DNA of 64,000 nucleotides, taken from NCBI GenBank assembly GCA_034435035.1, contig DAOTXW010000060.1, forward strand, positions 1,586 through 65,585, in the 5' to 3' direction. The translations under genes and the position numbers were made by a program. The DNA is from Anaerolineae bacterium. GTDB taxonomy: Bacteria > Chloroflexota > Anaerolineae > Aggregatilineales > UBA3940. The notes under the pieces are model-generated. The model saw only the letters and a program-made list of their open reading frames with translations. It made no database searches and was not told the DNA's origin. Of this stretch, positions 35,736 through 44,001 are shown piece by piece (within the stretch, counting starts at the first letter, position 1; each line of letters opens with the position of its first letter).

Positions 35736-36125
35736 CTACTGGGCCGCCACGACTCTCAGATTGTCAGCCGAGAGAACCGTCACGCCGGTCACGGCGCAGT
35801 CCCAGGTCGTGCCGGCCACCGGGCTGCAGGCGATCCAGGTGCCCGTGCCGTTGAGCTCGATGTAGACGTTGTTGGGGGCCTGGGCGCCCGCGGTCGGCGC
35901 GATGTCGAAGGTCACCAGGTCGATGTCGGTGGGGTCGCCGTCGGTGTAGAAATCATAGGTGATGTTGCTGACGGTGTACCCGCTGATGGTGCCCTGACCA
36001 TCGCCGGCCCCGCTCTCGGGGACGACATTGGCGGCGGCATAGGCATAGGCGACGGCGGCCAGGATCAATACGAAAATGAGGACGGCCAGCGTGCGGAAGT
36101 TGAACAGACGGCGAGTGATAGGCAT
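35736..36125 (-). CDS. Small secreted protein (129 aa) with a SipW-operon-type signal peptide; candidate fibre or pilin-like subunit
   Basis: The ATG at 36125 is preceded by GAGGAG. N-terminus MPITRRLFNFRTLAVLIFVLILAAVAYAYAAANVVPESGAGDG. The mature part is Thr/Gly/Val-rich and predicted beta-rich. Confidence 0.75.
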   Translation of the reverse strand: MPITRRLFNFRTLAVLIFVLILAAVAYAYAAANVVPESGAGDGQGTISGYTVSNITYDFYTDGDPTDIDLVTFDIAPTAGAQAPNNVYIELNGTGTWIACSPVAGTTWDCAVTGVTVLSADNLRVVAAQ

Positions 36126-36642
36126 TAAATAGCTCCTCGGTAGCTTAAAAATGATGCGCGGCCAATGATACAGGGCGGCGCCCGGCCTCACAGGTAGGGA
36201 ATCCCTGTAGATCGGTGTTTCATCCGCGCCTGCGCCTGGCGATGAAAGACCAGATGTTCTACTGACCGCCGCTGTCTTCGAGCCCCGGTGATTTTCTTAA
36301 CATTCCGGGCGCCGGCCCGGATGCAGCCCCGGTCGGCGGGTCGGCCCCTGCCTCTGGCGGTCTGCGTCCGGCGCCGGCGGGAGTCGATCAGGCAAACTCT
36401 ATGCAAACAATTTTACAAACCGGCCACCTTAAAGAATGGAACTTTTTAAGGCGCGGGCATTGTTTTGACGCCCCGGACTCTGCTAAGATGGGGTTGCCAG
36501 CCGCACTCTGGACGCTTCTGTGCGCTGACACCCGTTTCACCGGCAACCCGATCCATAATCCGGACAGCCCGCATGCCCTGTGGGGGCTGCTGAGGCGCCG
36601 CTTGATTCTGAGAGACAGCGAACGGGCATCGTGACCACTGCT

Positions 36643-38067
36643 ATGAGCGATCCGCCGCCGAGCGCGCAGACCATCTGGGATACCGCCTACGGACAGCTCC
36701 AGCTCCAGATGCCGCGGGAGACGTTCGATACCTGGCTGCGCGGCACCCGCCTGATCGCGCATGAGGACGGCACTTATATCCTGGGCGTGCCGAACATCTA
36801 CGCCCGCGAGTGGCTGGAGCACCGGCTCAAGAGCATCATCCTGCGCACGCTCGGCCAGATCGCCCGGCGCAGCGTCGAAGTGCGCTTCATCCTGTGGGCG
36901 GAGCAGGCGGCGCAGCCCCTGCACGATGCCGGGCCGCTGCTGGCCGACCTGGAGCCGCCGCAGGAGGCCGCGCCGGCCTTTGAGCCGGCCCACGCCGGTG
37001 AAACCGGCCTCAACCCGCGCTACACCTTCGAGGTCTACGCCCCCGGCCCCTCCAACCGGCTGGCGCTGGCGGCCGCCCGGGCGGTCGTCGAGGCGCCGGG
37101 GACGCAGTTCAACCCTCTGCTGGTGCATGCCGATGTCGGGCTGGGCAAGACGCACCTGCTGCAGGCGATCGGGCATGCCTGCGCCGATGCCGGCCTGCGG
37201 GTGCGCTTCGTCCCCGCCGAGACCTTCACCAATGACCTGGTGGCCGCCATCCGGGGCCGTCGCATGGAGGCCTTCCGCGACAAGTACCGTGCGCTGGATG
37301 TCCTGCTGATCGATGACCTGCAGTTCATCGCAGGCAAGGACTCGACTCAGGAGGAGTTCTACCATACCTTCAACGCGCTGGCAGACGGGGAAGGCCAGAT
37401 CGTGGCGGCGGCCAGCGGCCCCCCCGGACAGCTGCCCCGGCTGGACGTGCGCCTGGTCTCCCGCTTCGAGGGCGGGCTGGGGGTGGAGATCGAGCCGCCT
37501 GATTTCGAGACGCGGCTGGCGATCCTGGGCATCAAGGCCCGGCTGCGCGGCTTCGACGGCCGCATCCCGCTGGAAGTGCTGGAGCTGATCGCGGAGGAAA
37601 CGCCGGGCAGCGTGCGCGATCTGGAGGGTGCGCTCAACCGCCTCATCGCGGCGGCGATGCTCACCGGCGAAGTGCCCGGGCTGAGGCTGGCCGAGCGGGC
37701 CATCGAGCAGATCGGGCGGGAGCGCCCGCCGGAAGGGCACCTCGCGCTCGCCGATCTCATCGCCGCTGCTGCCGAGTATTACGGCGTTAGCCCGGACGCG
37801 CTGGCCGGGCGCGATCGCTCCCGCGAGGTCTCGGCGGCGCGCCAGGTGGTGATGTACCTGGCCCGCGAAGTCGCCGGCGCCTCCCTGGCCGAGATCGGCG
37901 AGGCGCTGGGCGGGCGCAACCACAGCACGGTGCTGTACGCCATCGAGCGCGTGGCCGACCTGGTGGCCGCCGATTCCGAGGTGCGCCGTCAGGTGCAGGC
38001 GCTGCTGCGCAGCCTGAGCGCCGGGCAGCGCCTCCCCGTGCCGCAGCCGCGCGCCCGCCGCCGCTGA
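36643..38067 (+). CDS. dnaA: Chromosomal replication initiator protein DnaA
   Basis: Domain I (..WDTAYGQLQLQMPRETFDTWL..), Walker A (..GLGKTHLLQAIG..), Walker B (..LLIDDLQF..), and domain IV (..SREVSAARQVVMYLARE..LAEIGEALGGRNHSTVLYA..). An alternative GTG start lies at 36631. Confidence 0.93.
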   Translation: MSDPPPSAQTIWDTAYGQLQLQMPRETFDTWLRGTRLIAHEDGTYILGVPNIYAREWLEHRLKSIILRTLGQIARRSVEVRFILWAEQAAQPLHDAGPLLADLEPPQEAAPAFEPAHAGETGLNPRYTFEVYAPGPSNRLALAAARAVVEAPGTQFNPLLVHADVGLGKTHLLQAIGHACADAGLRVRFVPAETFTNDLVAAIRGRRMEAFRDKYRALDVLLIDDLQFIAGKDSTQEEFYHTFNALADGEGQIVAAASGPPGQLPRLDVRLVSRFEGGLGVEIEPPDFETRLAILGIKARLRGFDGRIPLEVLELIAEETPGSVRDLEGALNRLIAAAMLTGEVPGLRLAERAIEQIGRERPPEGHLALADLIAAAAEYYGVSPDALAGRDRSREVSAARQVVMYLAREVAGASLAEIGEALGGRNHSTVLYAIERVADLVAADSEVRRQVQALLRSLSAGQRLPVPQPRARRR

Positions 38068-38094
38068 ACCCCGCCGCGCCGGGACGAAACGAAA

Positions 38095-38117
38095 ACGCCG
38101 CGCTCCACACGCGGCGT
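38095..38117. terminator. Stem-loop after dnaA (ACGCCGCG-ctccaca-CGCGGCGT)
   Basis: 8-bp GC stem 28 nt after the dnaA stop, between convergent genes. The T-tract is weak. Confidence 0.4.
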
Positions 38118-38156
38118 CGTGGCTTTCCCGCGACGGGCATCAGCCCGCGACGGGCA

Positions 38157-38768
38157 TCAGCCCGGCCCGGAATAGCGCTGCTCCCGGAACGGGTCGGCAT
38201 CGTTGTGGTAGCCGGCCTGCTCCCAGAAGCCGGGGCGATCCCGGTCGGTGAACTCCAGCGCCCGCAGCCACTTGGCGCTCTTCCAGAAGTACCGGCTGGG
38301 CACCAGCGACCGCAGCGGGTAGCCGTGATCCGGCTCCAGCGGCTGGCCGTTGTAGCGGTAGGCCAGCAGGACATCATCCCCCAGCATGATCTCCAGCGGC
38401 ACGTTGGTGGTGTAGCCGTACTCGCAGTGGGCGATCACGAACTTCGCCTCCGGCCTGACCCCGACCAGCCCGGCGATGTCCCGGAAGCGCACCCCTTCCC
38501 AGACGGTATCAAACTTGCTCCACCGGGTGACGCAGTGGATGTCGCAGGTGATCTGCGTGGTGGGCAGGGCGGTGAACTCCTCCCACGACCAGGTCATCTC
38601 GCGCTCCACCAGCCCGAAGGCCCGCAGCGTCCACGTCGCCAGGTCGGTGCGCGGCACCGGGCCGTAGTGCAGCACCGGGAACTTGAGCGTCAGCGACTGC
38701 CCCGGCGGCAGCCGCCCTTCCTTGGCCATCTGCGCTTCCAGCCGCGCGCGCTCTGTGTCGAATAGCAT
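38157..38768 (-). CDS. Sulfite-oxidase-family molybdopterin-binding oxidoreductase (YedY/MsrP-like catalytic domain)
   Basis: ..[14 protein letters not shown].. (conserved Mo-ligand Cys context), ..[20 protein letters not shown].., ..GFWEQAGYH... The ATG at 38768 is preceded by GGAGGG. Confidence 0.8.
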   Translation of the reverse strand: MLFDTERARLEAQMAKEGRLPPGQSLTLKFPVLHYGPVPRTDLATWTLRAFGLVEREMTWSWEEFTALPTTQITCDIHCVTRWSKFDTVWEGVRFRDIAGLVGVRPEAKFVIAHCEYGYTTNVPLEIMLGDDVLLAYRYNGQPLEPDHGYPLRSLVPSRYFWKSAKWLRALEFTDRDRPGFWEQAGYHNDADPFREQRYSGPG

Positions 38769-38918
38769 CCTATCCCTCCGCTGCCTCTGCCTGCCGGAGC
38801 GCGCAAGCGCCCCGGTCTGAACAGGAGTGTAGCGGCTGGCCGGGCCCCCGGCAAGCATCCGGTCCGGATTCCCGGCCCGAAGCGGCGCCGCCAGGGGCGG
38901 GGGGATCGGGCTGGCGGC

Positions 38919-39983
38919 TTACAGGGGCCGCCAGGGCAGCGGCTCGTTGCGGTCGCGGCCCGGCACGTAGTGGAGCCGCTCCTGCATCGGGCGGGTGAGC
39001 GCACGGTTGATGGCGCACAGCGGGATGTTCTGCGGGCAGGTGGCCTGGCACATGCCGCAGGCCGAGCAGCTCATCAGCCGCTGGCTGTGCTGAATCAGCG
39101 CGGCGATGAAGCTCGTCTGCCCCTGGCCCAGCGCCGCCGAAAGCTCCTCGCTGCACATCGGGCATGCCTGCAGGCACTCCCCGCACAGGTTACACTGGCT
39201 CAGGTAGCCGAGGATCGCGCCCAGGCTGGCATCCCGCAGCCCCAGGGATTCCAGTTTGCGGTCGGCGGCCTCCTGCCGCTGCTCGCTGAGCCGCCAGACG
39301 GCTACCTCGCGCTCCACCGTCTCGCGCTCGGTCGCCAGCCGGTCGGTGAGGGCGGCCAGCCGGAAACGGGCATCGTCGCGTTCGCTGGCGATCACCAGCA
39401 GCTTCTGGCGGGCGTCCAGCCCGATCAGGCCGACGAGGATATCCGCCGCCAGGTAATCGGCGCTGGGGCGGTCGCACAGCTGGCAGGCGGCGCGGTAGCG
39501 GTAGGGCGCGATCTGGCCGCGCTCCGCGAAGCGCAGCGATTCGTGCATCAGCCACAGCGGGTCTTCAGGGTGCCCGGCGCTGACTTCGTGATAGAAATCC
39601 TCGTCATAGGTGCCGAGACAGTCCACGCCGATCAGCACCACGCGGCCCAGGTCGATCTGGCCGCGCTTGGCCAGCTCGATGACGGCGCGGACCTCGCAGG
39701 GCCGCAGCAGAGCCGCAAAGGTCAGGCCCGGTTCAGCGCCGAGGGCCTGGCGCAGCGCCAGCGCGGCGTTCTCGGTCATCAGGGGCACCAGCGGGTTGAT
39801 CCGCTGCGCGCCTTCCCGGTCCCCCAGCGACTGGGCGCGGGCCACAGGCAGCCCATCCTGCAGCAGCTCCACCGGCGCGAACAGCCGGTCGGCGATGCCT
39901 TCGGCCAGCATCTTCCCGGCGAAGCGGCGCAGCGCAGCCACCGTATCATTGTTCTGTACGTCCACTACCCGGCTGATCCACAT
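38919..39983 (-). CDS. FrhB/FdhB-like flavin/Fe-S protein with two C-terminal [4Fe-4S] motifs
   Basis: ..LLRPCEVRAVIEL.. resembles the FrhB PCQ region. CNLCGECLQACP and CSACGMCQATCP are present. The ATG at 39983 is preceded by GGGGAGGA, 14 nt after the upstream stop. Confidence 0.65.
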   Translation of the reverse strand: MWISRVVDVQNNDTVAALRRFAGKMLAEGIADRLFAPVELLQDGLPVARAQSLGDREGAQRINPLVPLMTENAALALRQALGAEPGLTFAALLRPCEVRAVIELAKRGQIDLGRVVLIGVDCLGTYDEDFYHEVSAGHPEDPLWLMHESLRFAERGQIAPYRYRAACQLCDRPSADYLAADILVGLIGLDARQKLLVIASERDDARFRLAALTDRLATERETVEREVAVWRLSEQRQEAADRKLESLGLRDASLGAILGYLSQCNLCGECLQACPMCSEELSAALGQGQTSFIAALIQHSQRLMSCSACGMCQATCPQNIPLCAINRALTRPMQERLHYVPGRDRNEPLPWRPL

Positions 39984-39997
39984 GGTATCCTCCCCGG

Positions 39998-41587
39998 TCA
40001 CCGGGCTGGCGCCGCGGCCGGCAGGGCTTCGACGACCAGCTCCATGATATCGCGCACGACGAGCCGATCCTGCACGCCCATCATGCGCACTGCGTCCTCC
40101 AGCATGTTCATGCAGAATGGGCAGGCGGTAGCCAGCACATCTGCCCCGGTTTCCAGCGCCTCGCGGACGCGCTCCGGCGCGGAGCGGGCCTCCGGGTTGG
40201 TGCCCTCGAACCACATTCGGCCGCCCCCGCCGCCGCAGCACAGCCCGGCGTCGCGGGCATGCGCCATCTCGACCAGCTCCACGCCGGGGATGCTGGCCAG
40301 CACCGCCCGCGGCTCGTCGTAGATGCCGTTCTGCTTGCCCAGGTAGCACGGATCGTGATAGGTGACCCGGTGGCTGGCCCCGCCCCCGTTGAAGGTGAGC
40401 TTCCCCCCGGCGATCAGCGCGGCCATCGCCTGGGTATAGTGCTGCACCGGGTAGCCCGGGGTGGTGTAGCGGTGGCTGAGCGCGTCGAAGCAGTGCGGGG
40501 AGAGGGCGATCAGCGCCTCGGTCTGCACCGCGGCGAGCTTCTCATTGCCTTCCTCCACCAGCATCTCCATCAACCCTTCTTCGCCCAGCCGGGCCACCTC
40601 GCTGCCGCAGCAGGTTTCCTCGCCGGCCAGCGTGCCGGGGTTGATGCCGGCGGCCCGCAGGCCGGCCACCAGCGCCCGCGCGATCTGCTGGCCGCGCGGG
40701 TCGTAGGCGGCCTGGCAGCAGATCTGCAGCGCGGCATCGACCGGCCCCTCCAGGGCGTTGGGCAGCGCCAGGTCGGCCATCCACGCCCCGCGGTCGGCCC
40801 GCGCCAGCTCGAAGGGGTTGCCCTGCCGGAAGATGCTGGTCAGCGCCACACCCAGCGGGCGCGGGGTCTTGCCTTCTTCCACCAGCTGCGCCCGCAGCGC
40901 GGGCACGATGGCCGCCGGGCTGAGGTCTTTGGGGCAGCGCACCGTGCAGGAGTAGCAGGTGGTGCAGTCCCACACGCCGTCCTGCAGATCGGCCATGCGC
41001 TCGGCGCGGGCCGTGTCGCGCGGGTCGTTCAGGCGCAGGAAGCGCTTGAGCAGGCCGTGCGGCCCGGGGAAAGCCGGGTCCAGCCCGGACATCTGACAGG
41101 AGGAGTAGCACGCGCCGCACATGATGCACGTCTCGGCGTTGTGGATCGCCGCTACCGCCTCCGGGCTGACGCGGAACTCGCGCTCCGGCAGGGTATCCGG
41201 CGGGATCAGCCACGGCTTGGCGGCCACGTACTGGTTCCAGAAGGGCGCGCGGTCTACCACCAGGTCCTTGATGACGGGCAGGTAGCGCAGCGGCCCGACC
41301 GTCACCTGACCCTCGGGGCCGGCGGCGTCGGCCAGCGGGGTCTCGCACATCAGCATGTGGCGCCCGTTGATCTCGGCGGCGCAGCTGCCGCAGATCGCAT
41401 GCCGGCAGGAGCGCCGGAAGGTCACGCTGCCATCGACCGTCGCCTTGATGTCCTGCAGCGCATCCAGCACAGTCATGCCGGGCTGCGCCTCTACCTCGAA
41501 CGCCTCCAGATGCGGCTCGCTGTCCACATCCGGGTTGAAGCGCTGGATGCGGACGGTAATGGATCGGGGATGTCCGTTGTTAGCCAT
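39998..41587 (-). CDS. sdhB: Succinate dehydrogenase/fumarate reductase Fe-S subunit fused to two CCG (HdrD/GlpC-like) domains (TfrB-like)
   Basis: [2Fe-2S] ..RRSCRHAICGSCAAEINGRHMLMC... Ferredoxin motifs CIMCGACYSSC and CTTCYSCTVRCP. CCG motifs ..EETCCGSE.. and ..GLCCGGGGG... Confidence 0.85.
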   Translation of the reverse strand: MANNGHPRSITVRIQRFNPDVDSEPHLEAFEVEAQPGMTVLDALQDIKATVDGSVTFRRSCRHAICGSCAAEINGRHMLMCETPLADAAGPEGQVTVGPLRYLPVIKDLVVDRAPFWNQYVAAKPWLIPPDTLPEREFRVSPEAVAAIHNAETCIMCGACYSSCQMSGLDPAFPGPHGLLKRFLRLNDPRDTARAERMADLQDGVWDCTTCYSCTVRCPKDLSPAAIVPALRAQLVEEGKTPRPLGVALTSIFRQGNPFELARADRGAWMADLALPNALEGPVDAALQICCQAAYDPRGQQIARALVAGLRAAGINPGTLAGEETCCGSEVARLGEEGLMEMLVEEGNEKLAAVQTEALIALSPHCFDALSHRYTTPGYPVQHYTQAMAALIAGGKLTFNGGGASHRVTYHDPCYLGKQNGIYDEPRAVLASIPGVELVEMAHARDAGLCCGGGGGRMWFEGTNPEARSAPERVREALETGADVLATACPFCMNMLEDAVRMMGVQDRLVVRDIMELVVEALPAAAPAR

Positions 41588-41645
41588 AGGTTGCTCCTGA
41601 ACGCTTTTCCCCCCGCCGCCGCCGGCGGCCGGGGGGCGGCGCAGT

Positions 41646-43436
41646 CTAGTACTTGCGCTCCTGCGGCGGATACCGGTCGTAATCGATCACCACCGGGCGA
41701 TAGCTCAGCGCCGGGCCCTCCGCGGTCTGCGTGACCAGCGTATGTTTGAGCCAGTCCGTATCATTCCGCGCCGGGTAGTCCGTGCGGGCGTGCGCGCCGC
41801 GGCTCTCCGTGCGGGCCAGCGCGCTGACGGTGATCGCCTCGCCGAGGGCCAGCAGGTAGTCGGTCTCCAGCGCCCCCAGCAGATCGGTGTTGAAGCGGCT
41901 GGAGCGATCCATGATGCCGGCGTGCGCAAAACGCGCCTGCAGCCCGTGGATCGTCTCCAGCGCTGCGGCCATCTTCTCGCCGCTGCGGTAGATGCCGACC
42001 TGATCGGTCATGGTCGCCTTCAGAGCCTGCGCGATCGGTTCGACGCGCTCATCGCCGCCGTCCATCAGCCGCTCGATGCGCTCACAGCTGCGCTGCGTGG
42101 GGTCGCCGGCGAGGGGCAGCAGCGGCGCGCCGCCCTGTACGAAGGCGGCCATCGCCAGCCCGGCCCGCCGCCCGAAGACCGAGGCATCCAGCAGGCTGTT
42201 GGTGCCCAGCCGGTTGGCCCCGTGGACGCTGATGCAGGCGCATTCGCCCGCTGCGTACAGGCCGGGGATCGGCGTGCCCTGCGCATCGGCGATCACCTGC
42301 CCGTTGACATCGGCGGGGATGCCGCCCATGCTGTAGTGGGTGGTGGGCTGGATCGGGCACGGGTCGTCGATCACATCCACCCCGGTGAAGGTCAGGGCGA
42401 TATCGCGCACCTGCGGCAGACGCTCCAGGATCTTCGCGCGGCCCAGATGGCGCAGATCCAGGTAGATGCCCTGCCCGTCCGGCCCGATGCCGCGCCCTTC
42501 GTCGATCTCGGTCTGCTCGGATCGGCTGACCAGGTCGCGCGGGGCCAGTTCCATCTTGGCGGGGGCGTACTTCTCCATGAACCGCTCGCCGAGCGCGTTC
42601 AGCAGATAGCCGCCTTCGCCGCGGCAGGCTTCGCTCATCAGGATGCCGTGCCGGTAGATGCCGGTGGGGTGGAACTGGACGAACTCCATGTCCATCAGCG
42701 GGACGCCCGCCCGGTAGGCGATGGCGACGCCGTCGCCGGTGTTGGCGTGCGCGTTGGAGGTGATCTTATAGGTGCGGCCGTAGCCGCCGGTCGCCAGCAG
42801 CACGGCCCGGGCGCGGATCGTGAACAGCCGCCCGGTCAGGATGTCCATCGCCACCACGCCGCGGCAGGCGCCGTCCTCGATCAGCAGGTCGAGCAGGCTC
42901 CACTCGCTGTAGAACTGCACGCCGTGGCGGAGCGCCTGCTCGTGGACGGTGTGCAGCAGCACGTGGCCGGTCCAGTCGGCGGCGAAGCAGGCCCGCGGGG
43001 TGCTGTGCCCGCCGAAGCGCCGCTGGCCGATGCGCCCGTCGGCGGTGCGGCTGAATACGCAGCCCATGTGCTCGTATTCATACACCACGTCGATGGCGTC
43101 CTTGACCATGATCTCGATGGCGTCCTGGTCACCCAGCCAGTCCGACCCCTTGATGGTGTCGGCCATGTGCAGCTCCCAGGAGTCAGCCGCCGGGTCGCCG
43201 TCGGGGACCTGCTCCAGCGGGCCTTCCGGCCCCGTGCCGGCCACCGGGCGGGTGTTGCCCAGCGCCGCCGCGATGCCGCCCTGCGCCGCGCCGCTGTGCG
43301 ACCGCAGCGGGTGAATCTTGGACAGGACGGCGATGTCCTTCACGCCCTGGCGGCCCGCGGCCAGCGCCGCCCACGTGCCGGCCAGCCCGGCGCCGACGAT
43401 CACAATGTCATGGGTTAGCGTCTCTGCGTTCTGCAT
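41646..43436 (-). CDS. sdhA: Succinate dehydrogenase/fumarate reductase flavoprotein subunit
   Basis: [11 protein letters not shown].. FAD fold, ..[16 protein letters not shown].. (covalent-FAD His context), ..HPTG.., ..[10 protein letters not shown]... Confidence 0.92.
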   Translation of the reverse strand: MQNAETLTHDIVIVGAGLAGTWAALAAGRQGVKDIAVLSKIHPLRSHSGAAQGGIAAALGNTRPVAGTGPEGPLEQVPDGDPAADSWELHMADTIKGSDWLGDQDAIEIMVKDAIDVVYEYEHMGCVFSRTADGRIGQRRFGGHSTPRACFAADWTGHVLLHTVHEQALRHGVQFYSEWSLLDLLIEDGACRGVVAMDILTGRLFTIRARAVLLATGGYGRTYKITSNAHANTGDGVAIAYRAGVPLMDMEFVQFHPTGIYRHGILMSEACRGEGGYLLNALGERFMEKYAPAKMELAPRDLVSRSEQTEIDEGRGIGPDGQGIYLDLRHLGRAKILERLPQVRDIALTFTGVDVIDDPCPIQPTTHYSMGGIPADVNGQVIADAQGTPIPGLYAAGECACISVHGANRLGTNSLLDASVFGRRAGLAMAAFVQGGAPLLPLAGDPTQRSCERIERLMDGGDERVEPIAQALKATMTDQVGIYRSGEKMAAALETIHGLQARFAHAGIMDRSSRFNTDLLGALETDYLLALGEAITVSALARTESRGAHARTDYPARNDTDWLKHTLVTQTAEGPALSYRPVVIDYDRYPPQERKY

Positions 43437-43455
43437 GGTTCCTTCTTTCTGGCTG

Positions 43456-44001
43456 TCAATGCTGCGGCCTGCTCATCGCCTCGACGCTGGCGCGGGCGCG
43501 CGCCGCCAGCCGCCGGACATCGGCGACCCAGGCGCGGGTCTGCGGCAGCGTCTCCGGCAGGGAGTCTTCGGTGCGGGTCAGGTCCTCGACCAGCGCGGAC
43601 AGCTGCGGGGTGGTGTGCTCGCGCAGCACGTCCCGCGCCCGCTGCAGCCCCGGTAGATCGGCCAGGGCGGCCTGCAGGCCCGCCAGATCGCGCTCTGTCT
43701 CGGCGATCGCGGCGCTCTGCGCGTCCAGCCGCTCCTGCAGGGCGCGCGTCAGCGCCTCCCAGCGGCAGACCTCGCCGGAGCGGCGGCGCAGGGCCTGCGC
43801 CAGCAGCCCGTGGCTGATCGCCAGCCCGCCGCCCACCCAGATCAGCACCCAGATCGGCTGGCGCAGCCACAGGGTCAGCAGGGCCGCGCCGGCCAGCACG
43901 CCGGCCAGCGCCGCCGCGTTGATCCGCAGCGCCCGGCGCTGCACCCGGCACAGGGCCGGGGCGGGAGCCGTCCCGCCTCCGGAAGCAGCCTCATGCGTCA
44001 T
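43456..44001 (-). CDS. Hypothetical membrane protein (two TM helices plus a coiled coil) embedded in the respiratory cluster
   Basis: ..[37 protein letters not shown].. followed by a heptad-like helical region. It overlaps the upstream gene by 11 nt. I recognise no family motif. Confidence 0.55.
   Translation of the reverse strand: MTHEAASGGGTAPAPALCRVQRRALRINAAALAGVLAGAALLTLWLRQPIWVLIWVGGGLAISHGLLAQALRRRSGEVCRWEALTRALQERLDAQSAAIAETERDLAGLQAALADLPGLQRARDVLREHTTPQLSALVEDLTRTEDSLPETLPQTRAWVADVRRLAARARASVEAMSRPQH

Noticed and set aside
36188-36406. 72-aa minus-strand ORF in the dnaA upstream region
   Set aside because: It is Arg-rich low-complexity sequence with no SD or motif, and it sits in an intergenic regulatory region. 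It is probably not coding.
36531-36575. Possible DnaA boxes (GATCCATAA, TAATCCGGACA, TGTGGGGGC)
   Set aside because: Each matches at most 5-6 of the 9 positions of TTATCCACA/TGTGGATAA, which is not better than background.
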